Source: Giardia intestinalis (lineage: Eukaryota). From it: 64,000 nucleotides of DNA. The stretch lies in assembly GCA_000002435.2 (NCBI GenBank), contig CM018790.1. One strand, 5' to 3'. A program made the position numbers and the translations under genes. The notes below the pieces were generated by a model. That model saw only the letters and a list, made by a program, of their open reading frames with translations. It was not told the DNA's origin and ran no database searches. Every line of letters starts with the position of its first letter. The stretch's first letter is position 1. This document shows positions 19,526 to 30,023 of this stretch, piece after piece.

Positions 19526-21220
19526 TCACACGCTTTTTCCATCGCAACTGAAGATGTCATCAACGCGCAGGATCATACAAGCATTTTCTATAGCGGCCTT
19601 GAGGACCTGCAGCTTTGTGCTCAGTGGGTCCCAGATGCCCTGCTCCTTGCAGTTGACGAGGAGCCCTGTGACCCCATCGACACCCAGCTGACAGTTCGGG
19701 TCACTGGTGTGGGCAGCCTTGAGCTCGGTGATGGTCCTTATTATATTCCCACCGCAGTTCTGCAGCAGCGTCCGTGGGATCACCTCCAGGGATTTGGCGA
19801 CTGCCTTAATGACAAGCTGAGGCTTTCCGACAAGGGTGTCTGCATACTGAGAGAGTGCCGTCGACAAGTGAGCCTCAAAACAGCCTCCGCCAATGACCAG
19901 GCGCGGGTCAAGGATAATATTCCTGCACACGTGCATGGCGTCCTGAATGTTCCGCTCTATCTCCAGCAGGGTGCTCTTGGAGGCGCCTCGAAGCACAATG
20001 GTACAGGCACTGGCCTTACCCCCAGATTGGTGGATGAAGGAAAAGAACTCGTCACCGATCTTCTGGAGCTCATAGAGGCCTGCGTATGTCCCCACATCAC
20101 TTTCTTGAAGCTCCTCCACGCGACTGACAATGGTGGCACCGGAAACTGCCGCAAGGCGCACGTTGTCTGTCTTCCTGACGCGCCTGAGGACTGTCACGCC
20201 GTGCTGGACAAACATATGAGTCGCCTGATCCGCCACACCCTTCTCGGTGATGACCAGGTCGGGCTTGAAGCTGAGGATCTTCTCCACGTGGGTCCTAATG
20301 TAGTCTTCTTCGACCTTGAGTATGTCTCCTAGATCAGACTTCCCTTGGAACAGCTCTACGTTCATCATTGATTGGGCCTTCTTGTACTCTAGAGGGCAAT
20401 CCAGAAGAAGTATGCGGGGATTCTTGATGTACTTCCTCATATCGGGGTGAATGACATCCTTATTAAGCACTACGCCATCGATGACGCAGCAGTCCTCCAC
20501 AGTCGCACCAGGGATCTTCTCTATGCGGCAAAACCTCTTAATATCAATGTCAACTGAAGCACCAAGCTCTGCTTCATCCCCTTTTGAACGCGCATCCTTA
20601 GTGACACCCACTAGACCCTTGCGCACCTCCGCTCCACGTCCTCTAGCGACTATGCTGACCGCCTCGAGCGCAAGGTTGCACATGAGATCCATCCATCTAC
20701 TGACAAACTTCGTGGATAGCGAGTTCTTTAAAACTGTCATAATAGGGCCTGCCGCCTCAGACTTCAGACCCAGGATCTCTATGCCCTTTATATTTATTTC
20801 AAATGAAGATCTTTCTGCCTCACTCAAAAGAAAGTCCAAGGCTTTCTGGTATCCCTGCGTAATGAGAATAGGATGTATCCCACACTTGAGAAGGGGCTCT
20901 GCCATGGCGATCACCTCCCCTGCCAGGATGACAACGCTTGTGGTGCCGTCTCCGACTTGCTCCTCCTGGGCCCGTGAAACCTCCAGCATGGCCTTGGCTG
21001 CGGGGTGTGCCACGTCGAGCTCGCGCAGGATGGCGTTCCCGTCGTTTGTCATGACCACGCTCCCCATTGAGTCCAGGATCATCTTGAGCATGGAGCGTGG
21101 GCCCATCGTTGTCCTGATGACGTCTGCGACTGTCTTACTTGCCTTGATGTTGTTCATGCGGGCCATTTCTCGGCGCTCGCTCTCGGTGCCTTGGCTCAGG
21201 ACATAGACTTGGGGCTGCAT
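19526..21220 (-). CDS. CCT3: T-complex protein 1 (CCT/TRiC) subunit gamma
   Basis: 564 aa. [35 protein letters not shown] aligns with human CCT3 [35 protein letters not shown]. Other matches: [58 protein letters not shown], and the C-terminal ILRVDDIFS. Confidence 0.9.
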   Translation of the reverse strand: [564 protein letters not shown]

Positions 21221-21299
21221 TTTTTATTAAGGCAGTTTTTTGCCACTCTGTTTACTCTGCTCAGGCAGGCTGACGCAATAGTGCACTGGTATTCATGTT

Positions 21300-22700
21300 A
21301 TGGGGATCTCACATAGACGGGAACGAGAGCCCTCTGCTGTCCTTCTTCTTGGGCCCGGCATATGAGGATGTGAGTCTGCTCATTAAAAAATAGAAACAAT
21401 ATTGCTGTAGTTTTGTCTCTTGGCGATGTCGAGGACCGTGGTACCAGGTGGAAAGCATCGATCTTTGCAGGTAGTTCTCATATCCCTCTCCCTTTCCATA
21501 AGTAGCTTGGCACACTCTGTTTTGTAATGATACACTGCCTTCATAAGAATGGTCTAGCCAGTGGTACTCTGGATGCCAGCTTTTTTGTCCATCAATAGCT
21601 TAACACATTCTGAGTGATTATTATGCGCTGCATACATGAGCGCAGTTTGGCCATGTCAATTTTTCATGCCACCTTCGTGCTTTATTAGCAATGTAACCAC
21701 TTCTGTGTGCCCATGCACCGCTGCTAACATCAACGCTGTCTCTTCGTATCCATTCCATCCACTTATGTCAAAATACTTCGCTGTCTTTCCCTTTCGGATA
21801 GAAATAAAACGATTCACAGCCTCCATATCCCGCATTCTACAGCCTGCATGAGCCTGGTGACGCCTTTATTATCTGTCGGATCAAGGAGCTCCACAATATC
21901 TGTGTGCTTCACTAACAAAGCAAGCATCATCGTGGTTTTACCATTGCTATTCACCCCATATTTACCAGACAAATACTCCAATGCAGTGCTCTTGGAAGCA
22001 GCGCTTGTGAGCAGAGTATATGAGAAATCCTGTATAGCTGACTCCTAAAATCCTTTCTAGAGTCATTTATCTCTCCTGATTTGAGGCTAAGGCTGTTCTC
22101 AAGAGGCTCGATCTCCGATTAGCATTGTCTAGAGCAGCCTCTAGTGCCGTGACTCAAGCCCGTAGTCTTCCTTTTAGAACACCAGATTCTTGAAGCAGCC
22201 TACCAAGCTCCCTGGCTGTTGGTCTTTGAGTGGGGTCTAGAACAAGCGCTTTCTTGAGGATACTCCTTATGAGGTCGTCTTCAACTGCACTCAGGCTGAG
22301 CCTTTGCCCATCAACGAAGACATTCCTCGGGTGCTGCTCCCAGGAGATTAGGCATTTGAAAGTGAAGAGCTCATAGGCGGTAGCACCGAAGACCCGACGT
22401 CGAACGTAGGGCCGGTCTCGTCCCTGAGGTGGATCTCGGGAGCCATGTATGCTTGGTTCCCAAAATGGCACTCCCATTGTGCAGGACATCCTTGCAGAGC
22501 CCGAAGTCCGCAAGAGCTGAGCCTGCCATTTCTGCTGACATCGACTTTGTCGGGGTCGTGAAGGTAGGTAAGGATGATGGCGATCTGCTCCATGATGGAG
22601 AGCACTGTATCGGTAGGGTTACCGGTTCTTGCTCAATCGGCAATCACATCTTGAGGCACCGATCTCAGCGGTCCATGATGATGAAGATGGAGTGAGCGTC
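21300..22700 (-). pseudogene. Decayed NEK-kinase/ankyrin-repeat gene (kinase part at 22150-22700, ankyrin part at 21300-22050), with several frameshifts and stops
   Basis: Minus-strand fragments in different frames: kinase C-lobe pieces (NQAYMAPEIHLRDE; RRVFGATAYELFTFK; NVFVDGQRL..AVEDDLIRSILKKALVLDPTQRPTARELGRLL) and ankyrin pieces (GKTTMMLALLVKHTDIVELL; GYEETALMLAAVHGHTEVVTLLIKHEGGM; GQTALMYAAHNNHSECVKLLMDKKAGIQ). In-frame stops separate the pieces. Confidence 0.55.
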
Positions 22701-23046
22701 TCTGAGCACCCGGTAGTGCCTAATGACATCTAGGTGTGAGCGTCTGGAAATGGTGGCCAGCGCGACCCAGTGGCCTCCGTGAGCTTCCCACTCTGAGTCT
22801 TGGATAGCCACCTATCACATGGACAGTACCAAAGCTGCCCACATCAAGCACCCCTCCTCGCATCGATGCAGCTCGTCGGCGGGCACAGGATATCGAGTGC
22901 ACCGTCCCCAGCCATGACGGTGTCAACGGCGCTGTGCAGAGCACGCTCGGGGGCAGGGAAGCGGCCACCCCTGCTCCCGGTTGCTGGCTGGCTGGCGAAG
23001 TACATAAGGCGCACCCGCTTGTCGGCAGCTGCACCACTAGTGACGC

Positions 23047-23053
23047 GTTTACT
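23047..23053 (-). terminator. Giardia polyadenylation signal AGTAAAC (AGTRAAY class), 13 nt past the VSP stop codon
   Basis: Minus-strand sequence after the stop reads TAG ATGTACTTAGGT AGTAAAC GCG. Seen directly; position is +/-1. Confidence 0.6.
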
Positions 23054-23065
23054 ACCTAAGTACAT

Positions 23066-24277
23066 CTACGCCTTGCCCCTGCAGATGAACCACCAGCAGA
23101 GGAAGCCCACGAGGCCCCCGACGACAACGATGACAGCGACGGAGATCCCCGCGATGGCGCCGGTAGAAAGGCCGCTCTTGTTCGTGCTACCGCCATCTTT
23201 CATGAGGTAGCAGAGAACGGGGCCTTGATTATTAGATGGGGGAGCGCAGCTCGCGCAGTTAGCGACGCCCTGAATGTTATTGCTTGTCTCTGTACACAGC
23301 TTGCATGCTTTACTGGCGTCCAAGTAACGGCCAGGTGGACAGGCGCTGCACTTATTGGGCTGATTAGCTTCGGTGCATGTCGCACAAGTGGAGTCGCATA
23401 ATGGACACATGTTCGAGACAGCTGTCAAGCCATTCGCACACGTTTGGCATTTTCCATCCCCAGTGGGCGTTGTGCAGATGCTCTTCCCGGGGAGCCTCGT
23501 CGTCTGGTAGCACCCGCCCTCCTGGATGAAGTATCCGGCGGCGCAGACCGTGCAGGCACCGTTAGCGGCAGTGGTGCAGAACCGAGTCCTGGCCGCATTG
23601 CTTGTGCAGACGCCATTGAGCGGCACGTTGTTCCCCTTGCACTTCGAGCAGTACTTGGTACCTCCAATTGTTAGGCCGCACGTCTCGCACTCCGGGCCCT
23701 CCACGCATTGCTCCACGCACGTGCCGTCTGTAGGATTGCTCTCGTCGGCGTACCTCAGCATCTTCCCGGCGGGACAGGCCGTGCACTTGGAAGCGCCGGC
23801 CCCGCTGCACTCCGCACAGGAGGGGTCGCAGGGCGCGCACGTTTGTCCGGATAGATACGTTCCGACAGGGCAGGCATCTAAGCATGCCTTCTTCGTCGGG
23901 GTCAGATGCTTTCCTGGTTCACATTCTTCGCAAGTCTGCTTGTCCGGGGAGCACGTCTGGCAGTTCACGATCGGGCAGTCGGCCTGCGGCGTGCACTGCG
24001 TCCCGTCGTCGTTGGGGTCGAAGCCAGGGCTACACGTCTCGCACCTTGTGTTGTCGCCAGAGACGCACTGGGCGCAGTTCTGGACTCCGCAGTCGGACGC
24101 GGGGTTCTTGGTGCACTTCTTCGTGGTGGGGTTGAGGGTGTAGCCTGAGCCGCACGTCTTGCACTGCTGGGGGTTGCTTTCCTCGCAGACATCACAGCCC
24201 TCGACCTCGCACGGCGCGGTCTTTTCGTTGTGCTTTGCCAGCACGGTTGCACAAACTAGGAGAAATCCTACCAACAT
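23066..24277 (-). CDS. Variant-specific surface protein (VSP)
   Basis: The ORF track extends to 24334 but begins with GTG. The first ATG (codon 20, at 24277) gives the signal peptide MLVGFLLVCATVLA. About 12% Cys with many CXXC motifs (CDVCEE, CAQC, CQTC, CAEC, CETC, CATC), a GGC/TM region and the invariant tail ...GLVGFLCWWFICRGKA*. Confidence 0.9.
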   Translation of the reverse strand: MLVGFLLVCATVLAKHNEKTAPCEVEGCDVCEESNPQQCKTCGSGYTLNPTTKKCTKNPASDCGVQNCAQCVSGDNTRCETCSPGFDPNDDGTQCTPQADCPIVNCQTCSPDKQTCEECEPGKHLTPTKKACLDACPVGTYLSGQTCAPCDPSCAECSGAGASKCTACPAGKMLRYADESNPTDGTCVEQCVEGPECETCGLTIGGTKYCSKCKGNNVPLNGVCTSNAARTRFCTTAANGACTVCAAGYFIQEGGCYQTTRLPGKSICTTPTGDGKCQTCANGLTAVSNMCPLCDSTCATCTEANQPNKCSACPPGRYLDASKACKLCTETSNNIQGVANCASCAPPSNNQGPVLCYLMKDGGSTNKSGLSTGAIAGISVAVIVVVGGLVGFLCWWFICRGKA

Positions 24278-24862
24278 TAGCCGGAGTTCGTATGCCACTG
24301 CTCTTCTGTCAGGCCGGTGCGTTGCCGCGAGCACTGAGAGACAGCCGCTCTTGCTCTCTTGATCGGTTGGACTGGAGAGGGATAAGATAATAGCACACCC
24401 ACCGGAGGCCGGCTGATGGCACGGTTCCCCCTGGCTTCGATAGGAACAGGACCAGTGAGGAGTAGACTCAGACCGTGCCTCTCTTGTGGAATGATTGATT
24501 GGGGTGCACTCTTGTACATTGCTGTCACTGTATCACTGGGCCCACCTGCAGGTGCGCTCAGAGGCCTCACGGGTAAGCTGCGCCCACTTCTCGACCGTCC
24601 GGAGACGATGGCTGGTTGTGGATAACATACTAAAAGCTCCTCTCCATCGATGCATCCAGAGCTCAGTGTCGTCCCGGTCGGCATACTCTGTCGGGGCACT
24701 CCGCGTCGGCCTCCAGGGTTCGGCCTGCTCAGGGCCATACGAGCCGCTAATGTGCCCTCCTTGGCCTGCCATCAGCAGCTCGCACTAGGCGCCTTACTCA
24801 GGCAGTAGCCAAGGCCACTCCAAAGGGTGGCTCCGGATTGCAGTTAAAATCAGCGGCGGCTG

Positions 24863-27030
24863 TTGACTCCACTCCCTATCCCAGCTGCCGCAGAGGGTGT
24901 CCTGGGAGACGCTAGTAACAGTGCAGTTAGCGGCTTTGCAGGGCCGATGGGCGTTTGGGGAGCGTGCTCAGAAGGGGCCTTCAGTGTTATCTACTCTCTC
25001 AGGGGATGCCCCCACCTCATTGTGAAGGAGATCCGGCTCGACGGTCTGGGTCAGCACGGTGTGGATGCTAAAGCGTGGGCTGACCGCTCTTTTTATCCTC
25101 TTTCACCCGGGGGTCCTCAAGTACCATCAAGTGATTGAAGACGAGGGCCTTATCTATGTCGTCACGGACCGGCACAGCAGGACTCTTGACAACTTCCTCA
25201 CCGAGCACAAGCGAAGGAAGATCCCCGTGTCTGCCGGCGTGATCCTCTCCGTCATGAAGCAGGTCGCCGCCGCCCTCGCCTACCTTCACAGCGTCAGTGG
25301 GGCAAACACTAAAGGCCTCGTCCACTGTGACCTCAGGCCTGCCAGCATTCTTATCAGCGCAGACGGAGAGCGCTTCATCATCGCCGACTTCGGCCTCTGC
25401 AAGGACGCCCTGTGGAGTGAGAGCACTCTCATAGGAATAATGGCGTACATGGCCCCCGAGGCGCTCCTCCGTAATGAGGCCAGCCCCGCCTCCGACGTAT
25501 GGAGCCTCGGGGTCATCATTTATGAACTAGTAACTCTGAGGAGACCGGACTTCTTGGGGGGCAAGGAGCCGGCAGAGGTCTTCGTCGACGGGTGGAGGCC
25601 GGACCTGAGCGGTGTCGCTGATGGCTTCATAAAGAGTGTTCTGGAGAGGATATTCGTGCTGGAGCCAGAGAGGAGGCCGACGGCCAGGGAGCTGCACGAG
25701 ACGTTCGCTACATTCGACATCCCAGTTGGTGAGCTGAGGGCTCAATACGCGGTGCTGAAGTACGAATGCGGCTCCTTGGAGGCTGCGCTGAATGGCGCTA
25801 ACGCCAGGATCGCGCTGCTGGAAGAGGATGTTAAGACTAAATCCACTAAGATCGACGCACTCGAAGACCAAGGTAAGGAACATCTAGCCATGATTAAGGC
25901 ACTGGAGAGTAGGCTTGCACAGTTCAGTGACAGGATGAACACGGCTGACCCTCAGTCCAGCCTCCTTTTGCTGCCCAGGCTGATGCGTGCCGCGCATACG
26001 AACGGCATGGAGACCGTCCGGATGCTGCTTGAAGAAAGACTCGGTGTTGGTCAGCGCGACGCACAGGGGCACGTTGATCCCGTCGAGTTGTTTGTTGGGG
26101 AGGAGAGGGGCCTCCAGGACAAGAACGGCTGGACTACCTGATGATCGCCACAGAGGAGGGCTATGCAAGAACTGCCTCCCTTCTGGTCCCATATGAGAAG
26201 GACTGGATCGACAGCGAAGGCAAGACGGCCTTGGTGATTGCGGCAGAGGCAGGACATGAAACTGTGGTGGAGGCCATCGACCCAACCGATGAGAACGGCG
26301 TCACGGCGCTCATGCGGGCTGTTAATAGAAATGATGTGGGGGCTGTAAAAGCACTCTTACCCATCCAGAGGGGGAGGAAAACATACAAAGAGGTCACAAT
26401 AAGCGGATGGTACATGGGCAAAGGAACAGCTCTGATGGTGGCTGCGGCAAGTGGACACGCAGAACTAGTAGAACTGCTAGCAGAGCACGAAAAGGGGAGA
26501 AAGTAGGCGGTTGGGCCGCTCCCGTATTCGCGGCACTGTGCAATCGTTCCAATGACCCCCTGGTGGACTATATTGGGCACGTTGAGCTTTTGATGGAGTA
26601 TGAGAGCAGTATCTCAGGGTGGACGGAGCTCATGTATGCAGCAGCACGAGGGCACGAAGGAATCGTAGAGCTGCTCAAGCAGGAGACTGGCATAAGGAAC
26701 AACGAGCATCAGACTGCCCTCATGTGGGCAGCACGCAATGATCATCCAGAGTGCGTCAGGCTCCTACTGAAGGACGAAGGCGGCATGCAAACGACCAAGG
26801 GCTGGACCGCTCTTATAAACGCAGCATATAGCAACGCCGTGGAATGTGCAAGACTTCTTAAGGAAAACGAGAAGGAGCTGAAGACAATTTCTAGCTGCCA
26901 TGATCACTCGCCCGGTACCACTGTCCTCAGTATCGCTAAGAAGAAGGATCGCAAAGAGATAGTAGGCATCCTCCCAAACGAGATCTGCTCTTCTTTATCG
27001 AGGTCGGCTTGCCAGCTCCTGTCCGAGTAA
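24863..27030 (+). pseudogene. NEK kinase with C-terminal ankyrin repeats, disrupted by at least 3 frameshifts (reading frames 2, 0, 2, 1)
   Basis: Four consecutive plus ORFs together rebuild one NEK/ankyrin protein: 24863..25138 (GAFSVIYSL..HLIVKEIRLDGL, kinase subdomains I-II), 25059..26141 (HPGVLKYHQVIEDEGLIYVVTD..HCDLRPASILI..IADFGLCK..MAYMAPE..DVWSLGVIIYELVT.., ending ..KNGWTT*), 26141..26506 (TALVIAAEAGHETVV..GVTALMRAVNRNDVGAVKAL..GTALMVAAASGHAELVELL) and 26407..27030 (WTELMYAAARGHEGIVELL..HQTALMWAARNDHPECVRLL..GWTALINAAYSNAVECARLL). At 26141 the sequence tggactacctgatgatcgcc reads W T T stop stop. The paralog pattern GWTALMIAA predicts a 1-nt loss near there. Confidence 0.65.
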
Positions 27031-27049
27031 ACCCGTCCAGGATCCGAAG

Positions 27050-29950
27050 CTTAGATGCCGCCCACTCTGGAGAAGAGCCTTGTGCATCCCGCCTGGAAGC
27101 CGTTGGGTGCTCCACTATGCATTCCGGAGCGTCTCTCCTCTCTGACTGGCTTGGGTCAACCATCGTCTGACATCTAGTGAGCACCCGCTGTCTCGGGCCT
27201 TGCGTCAGTCGTGGCGATCCAGTCTCGAGAGCAGTTAACTCTGGCCATGTACTCTGGAGTAGCTTTGTGGCCCTGGTGCTCTACGACGAGGATCGCACGC
27301 CACGACCCCGGGTGTCGACTCCCGTTCCTCGGGGTGCCTCTTCATCTTCTCGTGGAGGGCACCATCTGTTCCATTATCAAGGATGCGCTCCCCGTGTGCC
27401 TCTATCCTGGAGTCATAGTACGCATTCGTGGATGCCGATGGAGTACTCTTATACGTTGTGTCGGGGGAGAGGCCCACCCCTCTGCTCATGGATCGCAGTG
27501 CGCTCTTGCAGGTGGTCCGTCACCCAGCACGAGACCGTGTCGACGCTCACCCTGTGCAGTGCGTCTGGCTCAGTGACCTGTGGGCTGGTCCATCTGCACT
27601 GCACAACACACTTGGGGGGAATGATTCGGTCTGTCGAGGCGTCGTCCAAAGCATCACGAGCGATCAAGACCGGTTCGCCGTTAGGCCGTCTTTCTCTACA
27701 CCGGCACCCGTCTACTCGAGGGTGTCAGGTACTGCCAGCTGCTGTAGTAGACACCCAGCAGGTGGCCCAGACCACTACTCCTCGGTGCGGACAGGATCAG
27801 TCCGCCTCTGCCAACCAGACACCCCAGGAGCCCCATCTCTTGTCGAGGGACTCACATAGGCCACGTGTGGGTCCATCTCGACCAGCGGGGCGAGTGATTA
27901 GTGCCATCACTGGCTTCAGGTTCTCTGCTGCCTTGAGGGGTCCTTCGAGACCAGCCAGGAAGAAGGCCTCCTGCTCCTCTGTGCTCCTACACCCAGTGCT
28001 GACCGTCGAGCCATGCTGCTTCCCAGGCCTGTCGCCTCTGTGACTATCCTCGCCGCGTCACTGTTGTCGGCATGGGCACTGAGTGGGGTATCTCCTCAGC
28101 TCCCGATGAGCAGGTTCTGTCCCGCGCAGTGTGAAGGCATACTCAGGGCCCCGAGGGACCGAATCCAGGGGTGCAGCGTGTCGCAGCTGAAGGAAGGCCT
28201 CGACGCAGCTCCTCGGGACTACCTTGTGGAGCGAATCATGATCGTCCATTGATTGTGGTCGCCCTGTCTCATTCTTGAGGAAGGACCAGGCGGAACCGTA
28301 CAGAGCACGCATCCCATCCTATGGATCGCGCTGAGGATCTCGTTGAAGGCCTGCACCCGGATGGACTCGCCAGCGCAGACCCGGGGACTTCGAGCCCCGT
28401 GGACTGGCCGTCCGTGCTCTCCGATGGCTGAGGGGCTCGTGTCCCTCAGGGGCCAGGCCGTCCTGATCCGGCCCCTCTGGATAGCAAGGTTCTGGTCGTC
28501 GGTGGCGCTGTCAGGGTGCAGCTCCCCCTCGAGGCGAGGCAGAGGCTGCAGGCCGGGCAGTGGGGTGGTGACTGTTGCTCCTCTGCTTCCCCGCTGTGTG
28601 GGGAGGCACGTCTCCTCGGCTCTCGACTGGAGCTCTGCGGGGTGTTAGGTACCCTCCCCTGAGCACGTTCGCACGACGGGCGCTGAGGGGGATTTCCTTC
28701 TCTATCCCCGCTGCCCCACTCAGCAGCGCCCTGCATCCGGTGTCTGTGCTGCATGCGTCTGGACGGCCTCACCGCGGAGGGTTTTCGCGCAGGACAGGCA
28801 CGTGCTCTTCCGTTCCTACTAGTTCAACGTTCGCCTGGTGCCACTACAGCGTAGGGCGCCCCTCTCCATCAGGTTCCTAAGATCCTCGTTCTCGCTGTGA
28901 TACCTGATCTCTCCCCCGTGAGGGGTGGGGTCCACGGTGCACTGGTGTGTGTCCGGGACGATGCCCCCTCATGGAGCTCTGCAGGTTCCAGGACCCTCTG
29001 GGGACAGCCAGCAACTGGGACCCCTGCTGTGAGCTAGGTTGAACTAGCTCCACCGGGCCACGAGCAGCTTCATGGCACTCTGGTGTTGCTGGTCTCTCAA
29101 CCGCACATGCTTGGCCTGTCCTAGCAGATAGTGGGGTCGTGCCTGAGTACTTTCGAGGAGTCTGGGAAGCGCTCCGGTCCGATGCTTTCTATCCAGAGCA
29201 TCGCGACGGGCAACGGTGAGGGCCCGCGTGGGACACCGCACTTGGGCACCAAGGCTCGGTGTGCGTGAGCTGGCACCGTCTGTCGGTCGAAAAGCTGCAG
29301 AAGGAGCAGCAAGAGGAGCCCAAAGCGGGAGAGGGTTCTCCAGACGTGCTGCTCGAGACCCTTTAGAAGTCGAAAGAGACATGGCAGGAGACGCAGAAGT
29401 GGTCGAGTGGCTCTTCGTGCTGTGGATCGCGTAGGAGGTCCCCGAGGGCGCAGTCTCTTAGTGAACCTGGCGTTCTTGAGCCAGTTCATGTAGTCAGCGA
29501 GTGACCCCTTCAGGGCTAGGTGGTCTCCTAGAGAAACGGTCATTGAGGGCCTGCCACCATGCGCCGCTCTCCATGATAGGGAGATTCAGCGGAGAGAGGT
29601 GTGGGGCCCCTTACTCATTCTATCGGATGCTTTCCAGACTCCATTCTTCGAGCCCCTGAGAACCTTCCTCGGCAGCTCGCTCGTGGGAGCGGTTGCCGGT
29701 CTGCTGCTTGCTGAGGGCTGGGCGTCGGGGCTATCAGCTTTCCGTTTGGGCTTCTTCTCCCGCCGGAACTGGATGGCACTAGATTCCTGGACCCTAGGTT
29801 CGAATGTCGAACAGATGAGTGAGAGAAGACCTGCCTGGTGTGGCGACTCGCACGGAATTTGCTCGGACAGATTGTCTAGAGGTTCCCCAATGGAGTTAAA
29901 TATCTCATAGATTGATGATTTTAGAGACAACAAAGGTGGCAAATTTCAGA
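27050..29950. other. GC-rich interval of about 2.9 kb (hand counts roughly 62-72% GC) without a convincing single coding frame; nature unknown
   Basis: Overlapping 60-290 aa ORFs occur in all six frames, as expected when AT-rich stop codons are depleted. None shows a family motif. Counts I made by hand: 43/60 GC at 28381-28440 and 37/60 at 27481-27540. I found no rRNA signature sequences. Confidence 0.3.
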
Positions 29951-30023
29951 GATGAGTGGATTACGCCGGGTGGTTTACTCAAGCTGCAGCTACCAAGATT
30001 CTAGTTAAAGCTCCTACCTTAAG

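Noticed and set aside
19493-21206. Plus-strand ORFs 19493..20332 (279 aa) and 20451..21206 (251 aa)
   Set aside because: They lie entirely antisense to the well-supported CCT-gamma gene and have no motifs. Such antisense frames are typical GC-balanced artefacts.
23444-24252. Multiple ORFs inside and antisense to the VSP gene (for example 23526..24143, 205 aa)
   Set aside because: These are frame and strand shadows of the Cys-rich VSP coding sequence. The VSP frame alone carries the signal peptide, CXXC periodicity and CRGKA tail.
24863-27030. Treating the four consecutive NEK/ankyrin ORFs as four separate small genes
   Set aside because: Their order and content rebuild one canonical NEK-kinase-plus-ankyrin protein. 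The junctions are exactly where single-base indels would create the observed frame changes (for example W T T stop stop where GWTALMIAA is expected). Hence one disrupted gene.
29790-29815. tRNA-like T-arm motif GGTTCGAAT
   Set aside because: It is followed by GTCGAAC, forming only a 6-bp palindromic hairpin (gttcga-atg-tcgaac). I could not fold an acceptor stem, D arm or anticodon arm around it.
27050-29950. rDNA or rDNA spacer as the explanation for the GC-rich tract
   Set aside because: GC-rich rDNA is a feature of Giardia subtelomeres, but I found none of the universal rRNA signature sequences (for example GTGCCAGCAGCCGCGGTAA or the LSU 5' end) on either strand. GC here is about 65%, not the ~75% of Giardia rRNA.
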